Below, piece after piece: positions 63,762 to 64,000 of a stretch of 64,000 nt of DNA. The DNA is taken from the NCBI GenBank assembly GCA_030427365.1, contig JAUHWW010000001.1, forward strand, positions 31,963-95,962. Reading direction: 5' to 3'. Numbering within the stretch: position 1 is the first letter of the stretch; every line of letters starts with the position of its first letter. The stretch comes from a bacterium. GTDB lineage: Bacteria > Patescibacteriota > Saccharimonadia > Saccharimonadales > SZUA-47. Under the pieces are notes generated by a model, which saw only the letters and a list, made by a program, of their open reading frames with translations, had not been told where the DNA came from and ran no database searches. Both the position numbers and the translations under genes were made by a program.

Positions 63762-64000
63762 TCCCAGGAGTAAGCTGACTGCTACTACAGGACAAGAGTT
63801 GCTTATGCTTCTCTTCCCTGTTATGCTTATGATTGAAAACAAACACGGGCGTAAGTACTTCCCTGCCTGACTAGCTGGGATGAACATCTGGCGAGCATGC
63901 CGAACAAAAAGCGAACACAACTGCGAAGGTTCGCGCGAGGGTAGCTGAGAAGCACTAAGCATGAGAGGTTTCACGTGAAAAAACCTTTGATGTGTGTTGC

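Noticed and set aside
63669-63974. ORF 63669..63974(-) and the N-terminal 46 codons of ORF 62407..63846
   Set aside because: They cover a perfect TTGACA-17-TATAAT promoter; the real CDS most likely starts at 63708 downstream of it.

Overview
Gene-dense bacterial chromosomal window (about 70 genes, very short or overlapping intergenic spacers, Shine-Dalgarno sites) that spans the replication-origin neighbourhood. Main blocks on the - strand unless noted: (i) 1-15.5 kb, a visibly AT-richer cell-surface glycan locus: two GT-C-like membrane proteins, a secreted protein with a bulb-type lectin domain, two GT4 glycosyltransferases, two FkbM methyltransferases, a Wzt/Wzm-type ABC exporter, Gmd plus an Rmd-like reductase (GDP-6-deoxyhexose branch), two NUDIX hydrolases and an O-antigen-ligase-like protein. 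(ii) 16-22.8 kb: a secreted SGNH hydrolase, an LAETG sortase substrate, a GT4, then jag-yidC-rnpA-rpmH with a DnaA-box cluster. (iii) 23.2-27 kb (+): dnaA-dnaN-recF. (iv) 27-45 kb: a type-IV-secretion-like gene block. It encodes a VirB4-family ATPase, a VirB6/TrbL-like polytopic protein, a VirB3-like membrane protein, a tri-domain (SGNH + lysozyme-like + M15) cell-wall hydrolase, a 1094-aa CHAP-domain membrane protein and several unknowns, facing a divergent array of six diversified VirB2/TrbC-like pilin paralogs with Cys-containing variable N-termini. No relaxase, coupling protein or integrase is seen in the window. (v) 45-64 kb: Hsp20, ComFC, a membrane spermidine-synthase-like protein, tRNA-Ser(GGA), MacB/FtsX-type ABC pair, sortase plus an LPSTG substrate, HAD hydrolase, PGI/PMI, GroES, an unlisted 50-aa membrane ORF, GroEL, a kinase-like protein and TsaD. 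Three small genes here are driven by near-identical consensus sigma70 promoters, and a 122-bp inverted-repeat element lies in one intergenic region. Gene content (Gram-positive-type sortase/LPXTG, monoderm-style T4SS, small streamlined layout) suggests a small-genome monoderm bacterium, possibly Saccharibacteria/Patescibacteria-like; this lineage is inference only. The most notable candidate system is the chromosomal T4SS-like apparatus with its multi-activity peptidoglycan-degrading module and hypervariable pilin array.
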